In this document: piece after piece, positions 49,172 through 57,962 of the stretch
How the letters are laid out: every line of letters begins with the position of its first letter
Numbering within the stretch: the stretch's first letter is position 1
NCBI GenBank assembly: GCA_963746665.1
Contig: CAVVBW010000003.1
Location: 325,022 to 389,021 of the forward strand
Reading direction: 5' to 3'
Origin: an uncultured Acidobacteriaceae bacterium
GTDB lineage: Bacteria; Acidobacteriota; Terriglobia; Terriglobales; Acidobacteriaceae
DNA length: 64,000 nt
Notes under the pieces: model-generated
What the model saw: only the letters and a program-made list of their open reading frames with translations
Databases searched by the model: none
Told to the model about the DNA's origin: nothing
Made by a program: the position numbers and the translations under genes

Positions 49172-49555
49172 ATGCCTCCAGTCCATAGACAGTCCATGCC
49201 TCGATTGGCCGCCGTCGTTGTTGTGCTTTTTGGGCTCATGGCGCTGATGCCGCGAGCCGCCTTCGCACACGCGGTCCTGGTGACTTCGACACCCAAGGCG
49301 CAGAGCACCGTCAACGGCCCCGACCTCGATATTGTTCTCACCTACGATTCGCGAGTCGATGCGGCCCACTCGAGCGTGAGCTTGCTCATGCCCGATGGAA
49401 AGGTGAAGGCGCTCGTCATCGGCCCCCAATCCGCGCCCGCGTTGTTGTCCGCCAAGGCGACCGGCCTGACCAAGGGAGCCTATGTCCTGCGCTGGACCGC
49501 GCTCTCGAGTGACGGCCACATTACCCGAGGCGAGATCGCGTTCAATGTACAGTAG
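49172..49555 (+). CDS. copC: CopC-domain periplasmic copper-binding protein
   Basis: Signal peptide ending AAFA followed by HAVLVTSTP. GAYVLRWTALSSDGHITRGEIAF matches the CopC pattern. Start is ATG 49172, or TTG 49163. Confidence 0.8.
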   Translation: MPPVHRQSMPRLAAVVVVLFGLMALMPRAAFAHAVLVTSTPKAQSTVNGPDLDIVLTYDSRVDAAHSSVSLLMPDGKVKALVIGPQSAPALLSAKATGLTKGAYVLRWTALSSDGHITRGEIAFNVQ

Positions 49556-49583
49556 TTCCGAGGACCTCTCCGCCCTGATAAAA

Positions 49584-49633
49584 ATTGTCATTCCGACCGG
49601 AGCGAAGCGAAGTGGAGGAACCTGCGTTTTTTT
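49584..49633 (+). repeat. short dispersed element ATTGTCATYCCGA..GCGAAG..GAGGNAYCTGCG-T-run, copy 1
   Basis: ATTGTCATTCCGACCGGAGCGAAGCGAAGTGGAGGAACCTGCGTTTTTTT. A related copy lies at 54541-54580. Confidence 0.7.
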
Positions 49634-49673
49634 CACATTGGAGCGAGATGCTTCCTCACTCTGAGACGGCCCT

Positions 49674-51290
49674 TTGATCTGGCTACTGCGCGATCTCGAT
49701 CTACTGAACGTGGTGTTGCGGGCGGCGATGCTCTCCTTCGAGGCATTGGTGCTCGGGGGCGTGGCATACCTGTGGTTGGTAGTCCTCCCCGCCAAGGCGG
49801 GCGCGACTGTCGAGCGCGTCTGCCGGAGGGGCATCGTCTTGGCGGCGGCCGCCTTGATCCTCAGCGAGGCCGCGGCGATCGCGGCCTCGAGCGCGATGCT
49901 GATGGCCGGCTCCAGCCTGCGGTTGAGCGACCTTGTCACCACCAAATTTTTTCTTGCCGGGTCGGCGGCCATCCTGACTGCCCTTTTGCTGGGGATTTCG
50001 GCCCGCGTGGGCGGCAGAAAGGCGCTTCTGGCGATGCCGCCGCTGAGCCTGCTCCTGCTCGCGGCCGCGGTCTCGACCAGCCACGCGGTTGCGCGCTTCG
50101 ATCACCGCGTGTTGTTGGCGGTTCTTACTGCGGCACATCATCTAGGCACGGCTGCTTGGATCGGAGCCATGCCGTTCCTGCTCATCTCGCTCGCCCGCGC
50201 GCCGGGCGTCGAGGAGGCGCGCCGCATGGTCAGGCGCTATTCCCAAATGGCGCTGCTGAGCGCTTCTACGCTCATCCTCGCGGGAATCGGACTCGCATGG
50301 TTCTATGTGGGAGCATGGAGCGGGCTGTATGGCACCGCCTATGGCGTCCTGCTGCTGGCCAAGATCTATCTGCTGCTGGTCATGATGGCGCTCGGCGCCG
50401 GCAACTGGTTCCTTGTGCGGCGGTTGAACACCGATCCCGAACCATTGCTGGCGCAGGCTGCGGCGTTTTGCTGAAGCGGAGATCGGGCTGGGATTTACCG
50501 TGGTGCTCGTCGCGGCTTCACTGACCTCTCAACCCCCTTCAGTGGACGTGGTGCAGGATCGGCTAACGCTGCCGGAGATCTATGCGCGCATGCATCCCAC
50601 CGTTCCCCGTCTGAGCAGCCCGCCGGCAGTCGCGCTCACCCCTGCCACGTCGATGGCCGTGGCCATTCGGGACAGCGAGTTCGAGCCTATGGCGGAGAGC
50701 GATGCCAATGACCGCGCCTGGTCGGAGTACAACCATCATTGGGCGGGCTTGATCGTTCTGGCCGCCGGGTTCTGGCCCTGCTCAGCCGGCTGCGCGCGCT
50801 CCGCTGGGCGCGCTTCTGGCCATTGACCTTCGCCGGGCTGGCGGTTTTTATCGTGCTGCGGGCCGATCCGGAAAATTGGCCCCTGGGTCCGCGTCCCTTT
50901 TGGGCCAGCTTCTCCGCCCCGGATGTCTTCGCGCATCGCGCCGCGGCCTTGCTGATCCTCTGCTTTGCCGCCTTCGAGTGCGCGGTGCAGGTGGGCAAGC
51001 TGCATGCGAAGTGGGCTACGCTGCTCTTTCCCGCGATGTGTGTCGTGGGCGCTGCACTCTTGCTGACGCATGACCATGTCACCCAAGACCTGAGAGAAGA
51101 GTTGTTCGCGGAGCTGAGCCACACGCCGATCGCTTTGCTTGGCGTGACCGCGGGCTGGGCACGTTGGTTGGAGCTGCGCCTGCCCAAAGATCATGCAGAC
51201 AGAGGTCGGGCGGCAAGGTTTGCCGGCTATCTTTGGCCCCTGTGCTTGGCCGCGGCCGGCTTGATTCTGCTGAATTACCGGGAGACCTGA
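49674..51290 (+). pseudogene. copD: CopD-family membrane protein with extra C-terminal membrane domain, split over three frames
   Basis: Frame 1 (49674-50474) ends ...LNTDPEPLLAQAAAFC then stop. The conserved continuation LRRFAEAEIGLGFTVVLVAASLTSQPP is in the +1 frame, which opens at 50428. A second shift near 50770 joins ...NHHWAGLIVLAAG to VLALLSRLRALRWARFWPLTFAG... (frame of ORF 50739-51290). Confidence 0.8.
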
Positions 51291-51345
51291 CAAGGCAAGT
51301 CAAGAATGCGAGACCAGGGACGGCCGGACATCTTATCCTGATGAG

Positions 51346-53994
51346 ATGAGGAACACGTCGATGCCATGGCAGCGTTCAGCTCGTTCACCTTCGGTTCTTT
51401 GTTCCCTGATCTTGCCCTCCCTCCTCGCTGTCCTCGCTGTGCTGGCTCCGCGGAGCGCCTGCGCCCAGCGGCTGCCGGAGATTGCCCGCCCCGAGCACTA
51501 CACGCTCACGCTGACGCCCAATCTCAAGACGGCAACCTTTACCGGCGAAGAGACGATCGATCTGATTCTGACGCAGCCGGCCAACGCAATCACATTGAAT
51601 GCCGCGGAGATTCAGTTTGGGCAAGTGACCGCGGAGACCGGCGGCAAGACAGAAACGGCAAAGATATCGCTCGACCCGCAAAAAGAACAAGCGACATTTC
51701 AATTTGCGCAGACGCTCCCCGCCGGCGGCGTCTCCCTCAAAATCAGCTACCGTGGCATTCTCAATAACGAGCTGCGTGGCTTTTATCTCTCCCGTACTCC
51801 CAGGCGCAATTACGCGGTGACGCAGTTTGAGCCCACGGACGCGCGCAGAGCCTTTCCCTCCTTCGACGAGCCGGCGTACAAGGCCACTTTTGACGTCACC
51901 CTGGTCGTAGCCAAGGGAGATACGGCAATTTCGAACACCAACATCGTCTCCGATACGTCTGGACCTGCAGCCGGGGAGCACACGATCCGGTTTGCCCGTA
52001 CCCCCAAAATGTCTACCTATCTGGTGGCGTTTCTCGTGGGCGACTTTGCGTGTCTTTCCGGAGAGAGTGACGGCGTGCCCATCCGCGCGTGCGCCACGCC
52101 GGACAAAGTGAAGTTGGGAGCCTTTGCTCTTTCCGGCGCGGAATTCTTTCTCCATTATTACGACACTTACTTCGGCATCAAGTACCCCATGCCCAAGCTG
52201 GACATGATCGCGCTGCCCGACTTTGAAGCCGGAGCGATGGAGAACTTTGGAGCGATCACGTATCGCGAAACCGCCCTCCTGGTTGACCCCGCCACCGCTT
52301 CCGTAGCCTCGCAAAAGCTCGTCGCGATCGATGTGGCCCACGAGATGGCGCATCAGTGGTTCGGCGACATGGTGACGATGAACTGGTGGGACAACATCTG
52401 GCTGAATGAGGGCTTCGCCACCTGGATGGAGCATAAGCCAGTGGCGCTCTGGAAGCCGGAATGGAAGATTCCCGAAGAAGTTGCCTCCGATCTGAACGTC
52501 ACGCTGAACCTCGACGCGGAGAAGGTGACCAGGGCAATCCGTGCGAAGGCCGATACGCCGGCCGAGATCAACGAGATGTTCGACGGCATCTCCTATGGCA
52601 AAGCTGGCGCGGTTTTGCGCATGGTCGAAAATTATGTTGGCGAAGAGACCTTTCGCAAGGGCGTGCATGCCTATCTTGAGGCGCACCTCTATGCCAACGC
52701 CACGGCGGAGGATTTTTGGAACGCGCAAACCGAAGTCAGCCATCAGCCGGTGGACAAGATCATGGCGAGCCTGGTGGAGCAGCCGGGGGAGCCGCTGCTG
52801 ACTTTTGGAGCCGTGCGGAACGGCAAGGTGCCGGTGACCGAGAGCCGGTTCTTCCTTGACCCTAAGGTCACCTCGCCTGAGCGCTCCTTGTGGACTCTGC
52901 CGGTTTGCATGACCAGCAGCGCCGCCCAGCCGGATTGCCATATTTTGAACGCCGCCGCCGCGATTTTGCCGGTGCCCAAAGCACCCGTGTTTTATGGCGA
53001 TGCGGGGGGCACAGGCTACTTTCGCAGCGAATACGACCGAAGCGACTACCAAAATCTGGTCGCTCATGCGGAAAACGCTCTCGATCCCGCCGAGCGCATC
53101 GCCCTGGCAGGCAATGAGTGGGCATTGACGCGGGCCGAGAAGGCGACGATCGCGGACATGCTCAACCTCGCCGCCACGCTCAGCGGCGACAACAGCGCCT
53201 ATCTGATTCGCACCGTCGGGTCGTCCGTCGCAACCATCGATCAGCAGCTCGCAACCGCTCCCGAGGAGCACCAGGCGCTCGCGGCGTGGGTGCGCCAGAC
53301 CTTTGGCCCCGCGCTCAACCGCATGCGCGCCTCGGGCCAGGCGGATACGCCGGAGGAAAAGGAACGGCGGGCGGCGCTCTTCGCCATGTTGGGGAGCATC
53401 GGCGATGATCCGGCCGTAATTCAGCAAGCCCAACGAATCGCCGCGGAGTATCTGAAAGAGCCGGCCTCAGTCGATGCCACGCTGGCCGCAACGGCATTCC
53501 GGATTGCCGCCGAGAACGGAGACCGCGCATTCTTCGATCAGGTCCAGCAGGTGAGTGAGAGAGCGAGCGATCCCCAGCTGCACAGTCAGGCGCTTTACGC
53601 GCTGGTGCTCTTTCGCGATCCCCAGTTGGTCGAGCGCACGCTGGATTACTTAGTCTCCGGCAAAGTGAAGAACCAGGATTCCGCCCGGCTGATCGCGGGC
53701 GAGCTGGCCGACCGCTATACGCAAGACGTGGCGTGGCGCTACATCCAGAAAAATTGGCCCAAGGTCGAGCGCCAGTTCACGATTACGACCGGGGGCACTC
53801 TGGTTCAGGCTACCGGCAGCTTCTGCAGCGCGGAGCGGCGCGATGAGGTCAAGGTCTTCTTTCACGATCATCCGGTCCAGGCGACGGCGCGTGCCCTCAC
53901 GTCGGCGGAGGACAGCATCAATCAATGCATCGAGTTTCGAGCTGCGCAACAAGCGAGCTTTCAGCAATGGATGAAGATGAATAGGACTCGCTGA
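51346..53994 (+). CDS. pepN: secreted M1-family aminopeptidase N
   Basis: GAMEN and HEMAHQWFGDMVTMNWWDNIWLNEGFA (HExxH-18-E). 882 aa with a signal peptide. Confidence 0.9.
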   Translation: MRNTSMPWQRSARSPSVLCSLILPSLLAVLAVLAPRSACAQRLPEIARPEHYTLTLTPNLKTATFTGEETIDLILTQPANAITLNAAEIQFGQVTAETGGKTETAKISLDPQKEQATFQFAQTLPAGGVSLKISYRGILNNELRGFYLSRTPRRNYAVTQFEPTDARRAFPSFDEPAYKATFDVTLVVAKGDTAISNTNIVSDTSGPAAGEHTIRFARTPKMSTYLVAFLVGDFACLSGESDGVPIRACATPDKVKLGAFALSGAEFFLHYYDTYFGIKYPMPKLDMIALPDFEAGAMENFGAITYRETALLVDPATASVASQKLVAIDVAHEMAHQWFGDMVTMNWWDNIWLNEGFATWMEHKPVALWKPEWKIPEEVASDLNVTLNLDAEKVTRAIRAKADTPAEINEMFDGISYGKAGAVLRMVENYVGEETFRKGVHAYLEAHLYANATAEDFWNAQTEVSHQPVDKIMASLVEQPGEPLLTFGAVRNGKVPVTESRFFLDPKVTSPERSLWTLPVCMTSSAAQPDCHILNAAAAILPVPKAPVFYGDAGGTGYFRSEYDRSDYQNLVAHAENALDPAERIALAGNEWALTRAEKATIADMLNLAATLSGDNSAYLIRTVGSSVATIDQQLATAPEEHQALAAWVRQTFGPALNRMRASGQADTPEEKERRAALFAMLGSIGDDPAVIQQAQRIAAEYLKEPASVDATLAATAFRIAAENGDRAFFDQVQQVSERASDPQLHSQALYALVLFRDPQLVERTLDYLVSGKVKNQDSARLIAGELADRYTQDVAWRYIQKNWPKVERQFTITTGGTLVQATGSFCSAERRDEVKVFFHDHPVQATARALTSAEDSINQCIEFRAAQQASFQQWMKMNRTR

Positions 53995-54220
53995 TCTCGA
54001 TCCCGTTCTTAACTTCTAGGGCGGACAGCGTTGCAGGTTAAAATAAGCCGGCTGGGAACTGCACAAAAGTGGTACCGCACTCCATCCTCGGTCATTTGAG
54101 CCTGCCCGTTCACTCTGTTCCAATCGAGAAGTGAAGCTTAACGATTGTTCCTCCCTTCCCAATGATCCCGCGGTTCCCTCGAAGATCATCCCGTTCGCCG
54201 ATCTCCGCTTGCCCAAGCCC

Positions 54221-54400
54221 ATGGCGGCACAAGCCAAAGTGTTAATTGAATATGAAGATCATCGCGGCGGGCGCTCCTACCACCAGGTATCGCTGACATG
54301 CACGGGGCAGGGAGGGGGGCTTCTCTACTTCGGCGGCTTCGATGCGGGCAAGTTCAGCATTTTCCGGGCCGATTGCATACACCGCGTGATCTCTCTCTAA
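54221..54400 (+). CDS. small hypothetical protein with a WYL-domain-like pattern
   Basis: ORF 54131(GTG)-54400, first ATG at 54221. KVLIEYEDHRGGRSYHQVSLTCTGQGGGLLYFGGFDAGKFSIFRADCIHRV resembles the WYL beta-barrel consensus from memory. GC3 is high. Confidence 0.4.
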   Translation: MAAQAKVLIEYEDHRGGRSYHQVSLTCTGQGGGLLYFGGFDAGKFSIFRADCIHRVISL

Positions 54401-54405
54401 GAGCC

Positions 54406-54536
54406 CTCTTCTATTGCAGGGCCCGCGCTAAAGCGCTTTGCCCTCTCGCTCTGCTCGCGCCTTGCCAGCGCTCGCTCCGCAATTCACCCTTTCTCTAAAG
54501 ATTCCAGGGCTTCGCGGTGAAGCCGCTCTGGCCCTC
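54406..54536 (+). repeat. about 130-bp dispersed repeat, copy 2
   Basis: Aligns with the reverse complement of 36471-36600 with about 19 differences in 131 positions, including one gap. Confidence 0.85.
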
Positions 54537-54540
54537 CAAG

Positions 54541-54580
54541 ATTGTCATCCCGAGCGAAGTCGAGGGATCTGCGGTTTTCC
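54541..54580 (+). repeat. short dispersed element ATTGTCATYCCGA..., copy 2
   Basis: ATTGTCATCCCGAGCGAAGTCGAGGGATCTGCGGTTTTCC. Shares the ends and core with 49584-49633. Confidence 0.7.
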
Positions 54581-55013
54581 TTCTGTCCCGGTCGCAACCC
54601 TTGGGGTGCCCCATCCTTGACGAAGTCAAGGGTGGGAGACCATTGCACAGGTGCGAGACTCACGCTCCCCCCAGCTTGTGCCGGTGAACCAACAACGGGC
54701 GCGAATCGCCGCGCCCGGTCTTCGCCGTGCTACGTGCTAGCGGATGCGCGCCCGTCTGCGCCTCGTTCCAGCCCGCGTTAGTTTCTCCCTAATCATTCAG
54801 TTACCTCGGTACTCAGAGCGGACGAATGTGGAATTTTTTGTCCAAATACTGGCTGTATAATTCGCTCACGCTCCCCCGTTGTCGGCTGCATATGATTCGG
54901 CCTCGAACCAGGCAGTAAAGGGCGCATTCATGGCATCCAACGATTTGCCTACGAGTAGGCCACCCCGGCTTTACTTCACAACATCAGTGACTCGACGCTA
55001 ATGAGGAGTGCCC

Positions 55014-57545
55014 ATGTCCCCGACCGCCCGGAAACGTCTTACTTGGAAGAACAAACTCTCTCGGTTGCCATTGCTGGGATTGACGCTTTGCGCTACCGCC
55101 GCATTCGCCGCAGCGCCTACGGTTCCTACGGTCGTTGTGGACGTGCAACTGACCGATCCCGCGGGATTGAACAGTCCGCAGAGCATCGTTCTTGCCCCGG
55201 ACAATATGATCTATGTCGCCAATGCGGGGGCCAACCAGGTCATCGGGTACCCGGCCCACAGCGCCAACGGGACACCAATCAGCACTGCACCGTATACGCT
55301 TGTTTCTCCCAATGCTCTCGCGGTCGACTCGTCGGGTGACCTCTTTATCGGGGACAGTCCAATCGCTGGAACGGGACGCGTCCTTGAAGCCATGGCGACC
55401 AACGGCCAACTGAACGGCACGGTGAACCTAGTTGTGTCGGGGCCGCCGCTCCAAGACGTTACCGCCCTTGCCGTCAATGCAACAACCAATACTCTCTATG
55501 TTGGCGATGACCTTTCGAACGCGATTTACACAGTGGCTTCCGGCAGCCATACTCCTGTGAAGCTCGATCTTACCGGCGTTCCGGCCGGCATCATTCCCGC
55601 GGCGCTGGCCTTCGACAGTACCGGCAACCTGTATATCGCCGACTTCCTGACGACGCTCTACGAACTTCCAGCAGGAGGTACCTTGGCTGCCCAGACCGTC
55701 GTCGCGCCTGGGTTCGTCTTGAACTCTCCCACAGGGTTGGCTTTCGACAGAAAGGGCGATCTTTACATCCTGACGCTGGGAGTTCCCTTCGGGACCACCG
55801 GCGGGACTCCGGCAGAGCAGATTGTGGAGGTCCCCGGCGAGGATCTGGCCAGCGCCTTTCTGGTTCCGCTAAACAGCGTCGGCAACGGAAGCGGACTGGC
55901 GACCGACACCGAAGGCAACTTGTATGTGACCGATCTCAACTCGGGCGATATCGTCGCGTTGTTCTACGGCTCACCCGTCGATCTCTACGACGCGGGCGTG
56001 GGCGCCGTTGGCTCCGCAGTGGCCTTCAACTATGAGTTCAATGCGGCTGTAACCTTGAGAGGGTTCAAGTTCGTTTCCGAGGGCGATACCAGCACAGAAG
56101 TCGTGGACCAAGGCGGCACTTGCAGCAACGGAAAATATACGGATGGAAACAATGGCGGCCCCATCTCGCCGTCCAATCCCGCCCTCTGCCAGGAGTCCTT
56201 TGCAGCACAACCGGCCTATGCCGGACTTCGCAACGCGGCTGTCGAATTGAGGAGCACCGGCACCACGATTCTTAACACCACGCCCGTATATTCGGTCGGC
56301 ACGTCGGGGGCAAGCGTGGTCTACCCATTGACCGCATCGGCGGGAGCCACAGTCAATACGCCCGAGGGCTTGGCGGTCTCCGGGCTGGACAAGAAGCTGT
56401 ATATCGTCAACGCGGCAGCCGGTGCGCCGTCGATCCTTTCCGCCAACGGGCCCGATGGAAAGACGCTTACCACGGTCAATACCAGTGGAATTCTTTTGGG
56501 AATCCCGTATGGGCTCGCTATCAATGGAGCCGGAGATCTGTATGTTGTCGATTTTGCCTACAGTCTCCTTGACGTGATACCGGCGGTTTCCGCGCAGACT
56601 CCCTACAGTGTGAACCCAGGCAACCTTCTGCAACATCCGCTTTCGGCGGCCTTCGATTACTTCGGAAACCTTTACATCGGAGACTCCGGGCCTGATGGTT
56701 CAGGTGCGGACGCCGCCAATCCTGGATACATTGTGGAGGTTCCGGCCGACGGGGGCGCGCCGTTCAAGGTCAATACGGGTGCGATCACTGTCATCTATCC
56801 GCTGTCCTTGACGACCGATCCATATACAGGGGATCTTTATATCGGCGATGGCGGCGACCCCACCGAGGCTGGAGCGGAGGTAGTGAAAGTTGCAGCGGCT
56901 ACCGGCGCGGCCACTGTGGCGTTGCCCACCTGCCCTGGCACCGTCACCGTGGCGACGCCCTCCTGCATAACCCAACCCGTAGGCCTCGCCTTCGATCCGG
57001 CCGAGCAACTTTACGTACTCGATCAGAATCTGGATTCCATCGCCGTGCTTCCAACAGGTGGCACGCCGTACCTGCTTCCCTTCGACAACAGCTTGTTTAC
57101 CATGCCGGTCGGGTTGGCCATTACCAGCGGCGGCCAGAGCCTGGTCGAATCGAATGTCACCACTTCGACGAGCAACAGTATCGTCTACCTCAACGGCCTG
57201 GCATCTCCGCTTGCCTTCGGGTCGGTTACAGAGGGCCAGCATAGCAGCACTCTAACGGCTACGGTCAACAACATCGGCAATCTTCCGTTGATGTTGGAAA
57301 CACCCTATTACACCTCCAGCAGCACGACGGCGCCCTTCGACATCTTGGGCAGCTCGACATGCGCAGACGGAGTTTCGCTCAATCCCACGGTCACCTGCGC
57401 CATCAACGTCCAGTTCGATCCCACTGGCACGGGAAGCTCGACCGACAACCTGACGCTGAGGACCAATGGATATAACAACGGCGAATCGGTCATCAACTTG
57501 AGTGGAACCGGAACACGCACCACCTCTATCGTCAGGGGCAGATAA
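55014..57545 (+). CDS. large secreted NHL-repeat beta-propeller protein with C-terminal choice-of-anchor-D/ASH-like domain
   Basis: ATG 55014 lies 5 nt after GAGGAG. Signal RLPLLGLTLCATAAFAA. Many NHL-type units (SPTGLAFDRKGDLYI, GLATDTEGNLYVTD, GLAINGAGDLYVVD). The C-terminus LAFGSVTEGQHSSTLTATVNNIGNLPLML...CAINVQFDP fits an ASH-like beta-sandwich. Confidence 0.8.
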   Translation: MSPTARKRLTWKNKLSRLPLLGLTLCATAAFAAAPTVPTVVVDVQLTDPAGLNSPQSIVLAPDNMIYVANAGANQVIGYPAHSANGTPISTAPYTLVSPNALAVDSSGDLFIGDSPIAGTGRVLEAMATNGQLNGTVNLVVSGPPLQDVTALAVNATTNTLYVGDDLSNAIYTVASGSHTPVKLDLTGVPAGIIPAALAFDSTGNLYIADFLTTLYELPAGGTLAAQTVVAPGFVLNSPTGLAFDRKGDLYILTLGVPFGTTGGTPAEQIVEVPGEDLASAFLVPLNSVGNGSGLATDTEGNLYVTDLNSGDIVALFYGSPVDLYDAGVGAVGSAVAFNYEFNAAVTLRGFKFVSEGDTSTEVVDQGGTCSNGKYTDGNNGGPISPSNPALCQESFAAQPAYAGLRNAAVELRSTGTTILNTTPVYSVGTSGASVVYPLTASAGATVNTPEGLAVSGLDKKLYIVNAAAGAPSILSANGPDGKTLTTVNTSGILLGIPYGLAINGAGDLYVVDFAYSLLDVIPAVSAQTPYSVNPGNLLQHPLSAAFDYFGNLYIGDSGPDGSGADAANPGYIVEVPADGGAPFKVNTGAITVIYPLSLTTDPYTGDLYIGDGGDPTEAGAEVVKVAAATGAATVALPTCPGTVTVATPSCITQPVGLAFDPAEQLYVLDQNLDSIAVLPTGGTPYLLPFDNSLFTMPVGLAITSGGQSLVESNVTTSTSNSIVYLNGLASPLAFGSVTEGQHSSTLTATVNNIGNLPLMLETPYYTSSSTTAPFDILGSSTCADGVSLNPTVTCAINVQFDPTGTGSSTDNLTLRTNGYNNGESVINLSGTGTRTTSIVRGR

Positions 57546-57565
57546 AGCGGATAATCTGTCTGCCT

Positions 57566-57602
57566 GAAAAACAGCCGGGGCCATGCTCCGGCTGTTTTTT
57601 TT
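57566..57602 (+). terminator. rho-independent terminator (bidirectional architecture)
   Basis: AAAAACAGCCGG-GGCCATGCT-CCGGCTGTTTTTTTTT, 20 nt after the NHL gene stop. The GC-rich stem CAGCCGG/CCGGCTG is flanked by an A-run and a T9 run. Confidence 0.85.
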
Positions 57603-57962
57603 CGAATCCGCACAGGTCCCCGAATTGATACGAAGCTTGCCTTTCGGCAGAGGCTGTGCATTGAGCAATCTTCTCGGTGTTCCCCGCAGAACGTGACAGC
57701 CGTAGGTCTCTGCGACAATGACCCGCGCAAGCAGGGAACCGGGATTCCGGGCTATCGCGTCTACTCTCCGGATTCGCTTGGCAAACTCAGCTTCGATTCC
57801 TGACAGACCTTTCCTGACGGTGCCTGGCACACTGCGGAAGAACGGAGGTCGCGGCTTTTCCTAAAGATCGGGCTCCCCGACGAGCCTGGGGTTGGCTCGC
57901 TGGCGTGGAAGTAAAGCCGCACTTCACTAAATCTTCCAGTGCACAGTAGCAGTGAAAATGCT

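Noticed and set aside
50420-50780. Programmed ribosomal frameshifting or recoding as an explanation for the copD, NeuB and other frame breaks.
   Set aside because: No slippery heptamer with a downstream structure was recognised at any lesion. The lesions go in both directions, several occur per gene, and one is a plain TAA. Decay or sequencing error is the simpler explanation.
51385-53433. 682-aa ORF antisense to pepN. Similar cases are 43175-45100 (641 aa, antisense to tkt), 39469-41550 (693 aa, antisense to the two glycoside hydrolases), 48641-49972 (443 aa), 24823-26055 (410 aa), 2151-3206 (351 aa), 13537-14409, 17913-18797 and 28168-28974.
   Set aside because: For the first four, the codons are in exact register with the sense gene (same coordinate modulo 3). 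Antisense stops would therefore require the rare sense codons TTA, CTA or TCA, so long open shadow frames are expected in a GC3-rich genome. The translations are Arg/Gly/Pro-rich and low in complexity, with no motifs. The sense genes carry unambiguous catalytic signatures.
57252-57830. 192-aa minus-strand ORF downstream of the NHL gene. Its first part (GLSGIEAEFAKRIRRVDAIARNPGSLLARVIVAETYG...) looks faintly protein-like.
   Set aside because: It reads straight through the strong terminator hairpin and then antisense into the NHL gene. GC3 is weak (about 58%). At best it is a remnant of a lost gene in 57610-57830, which I cannot support.
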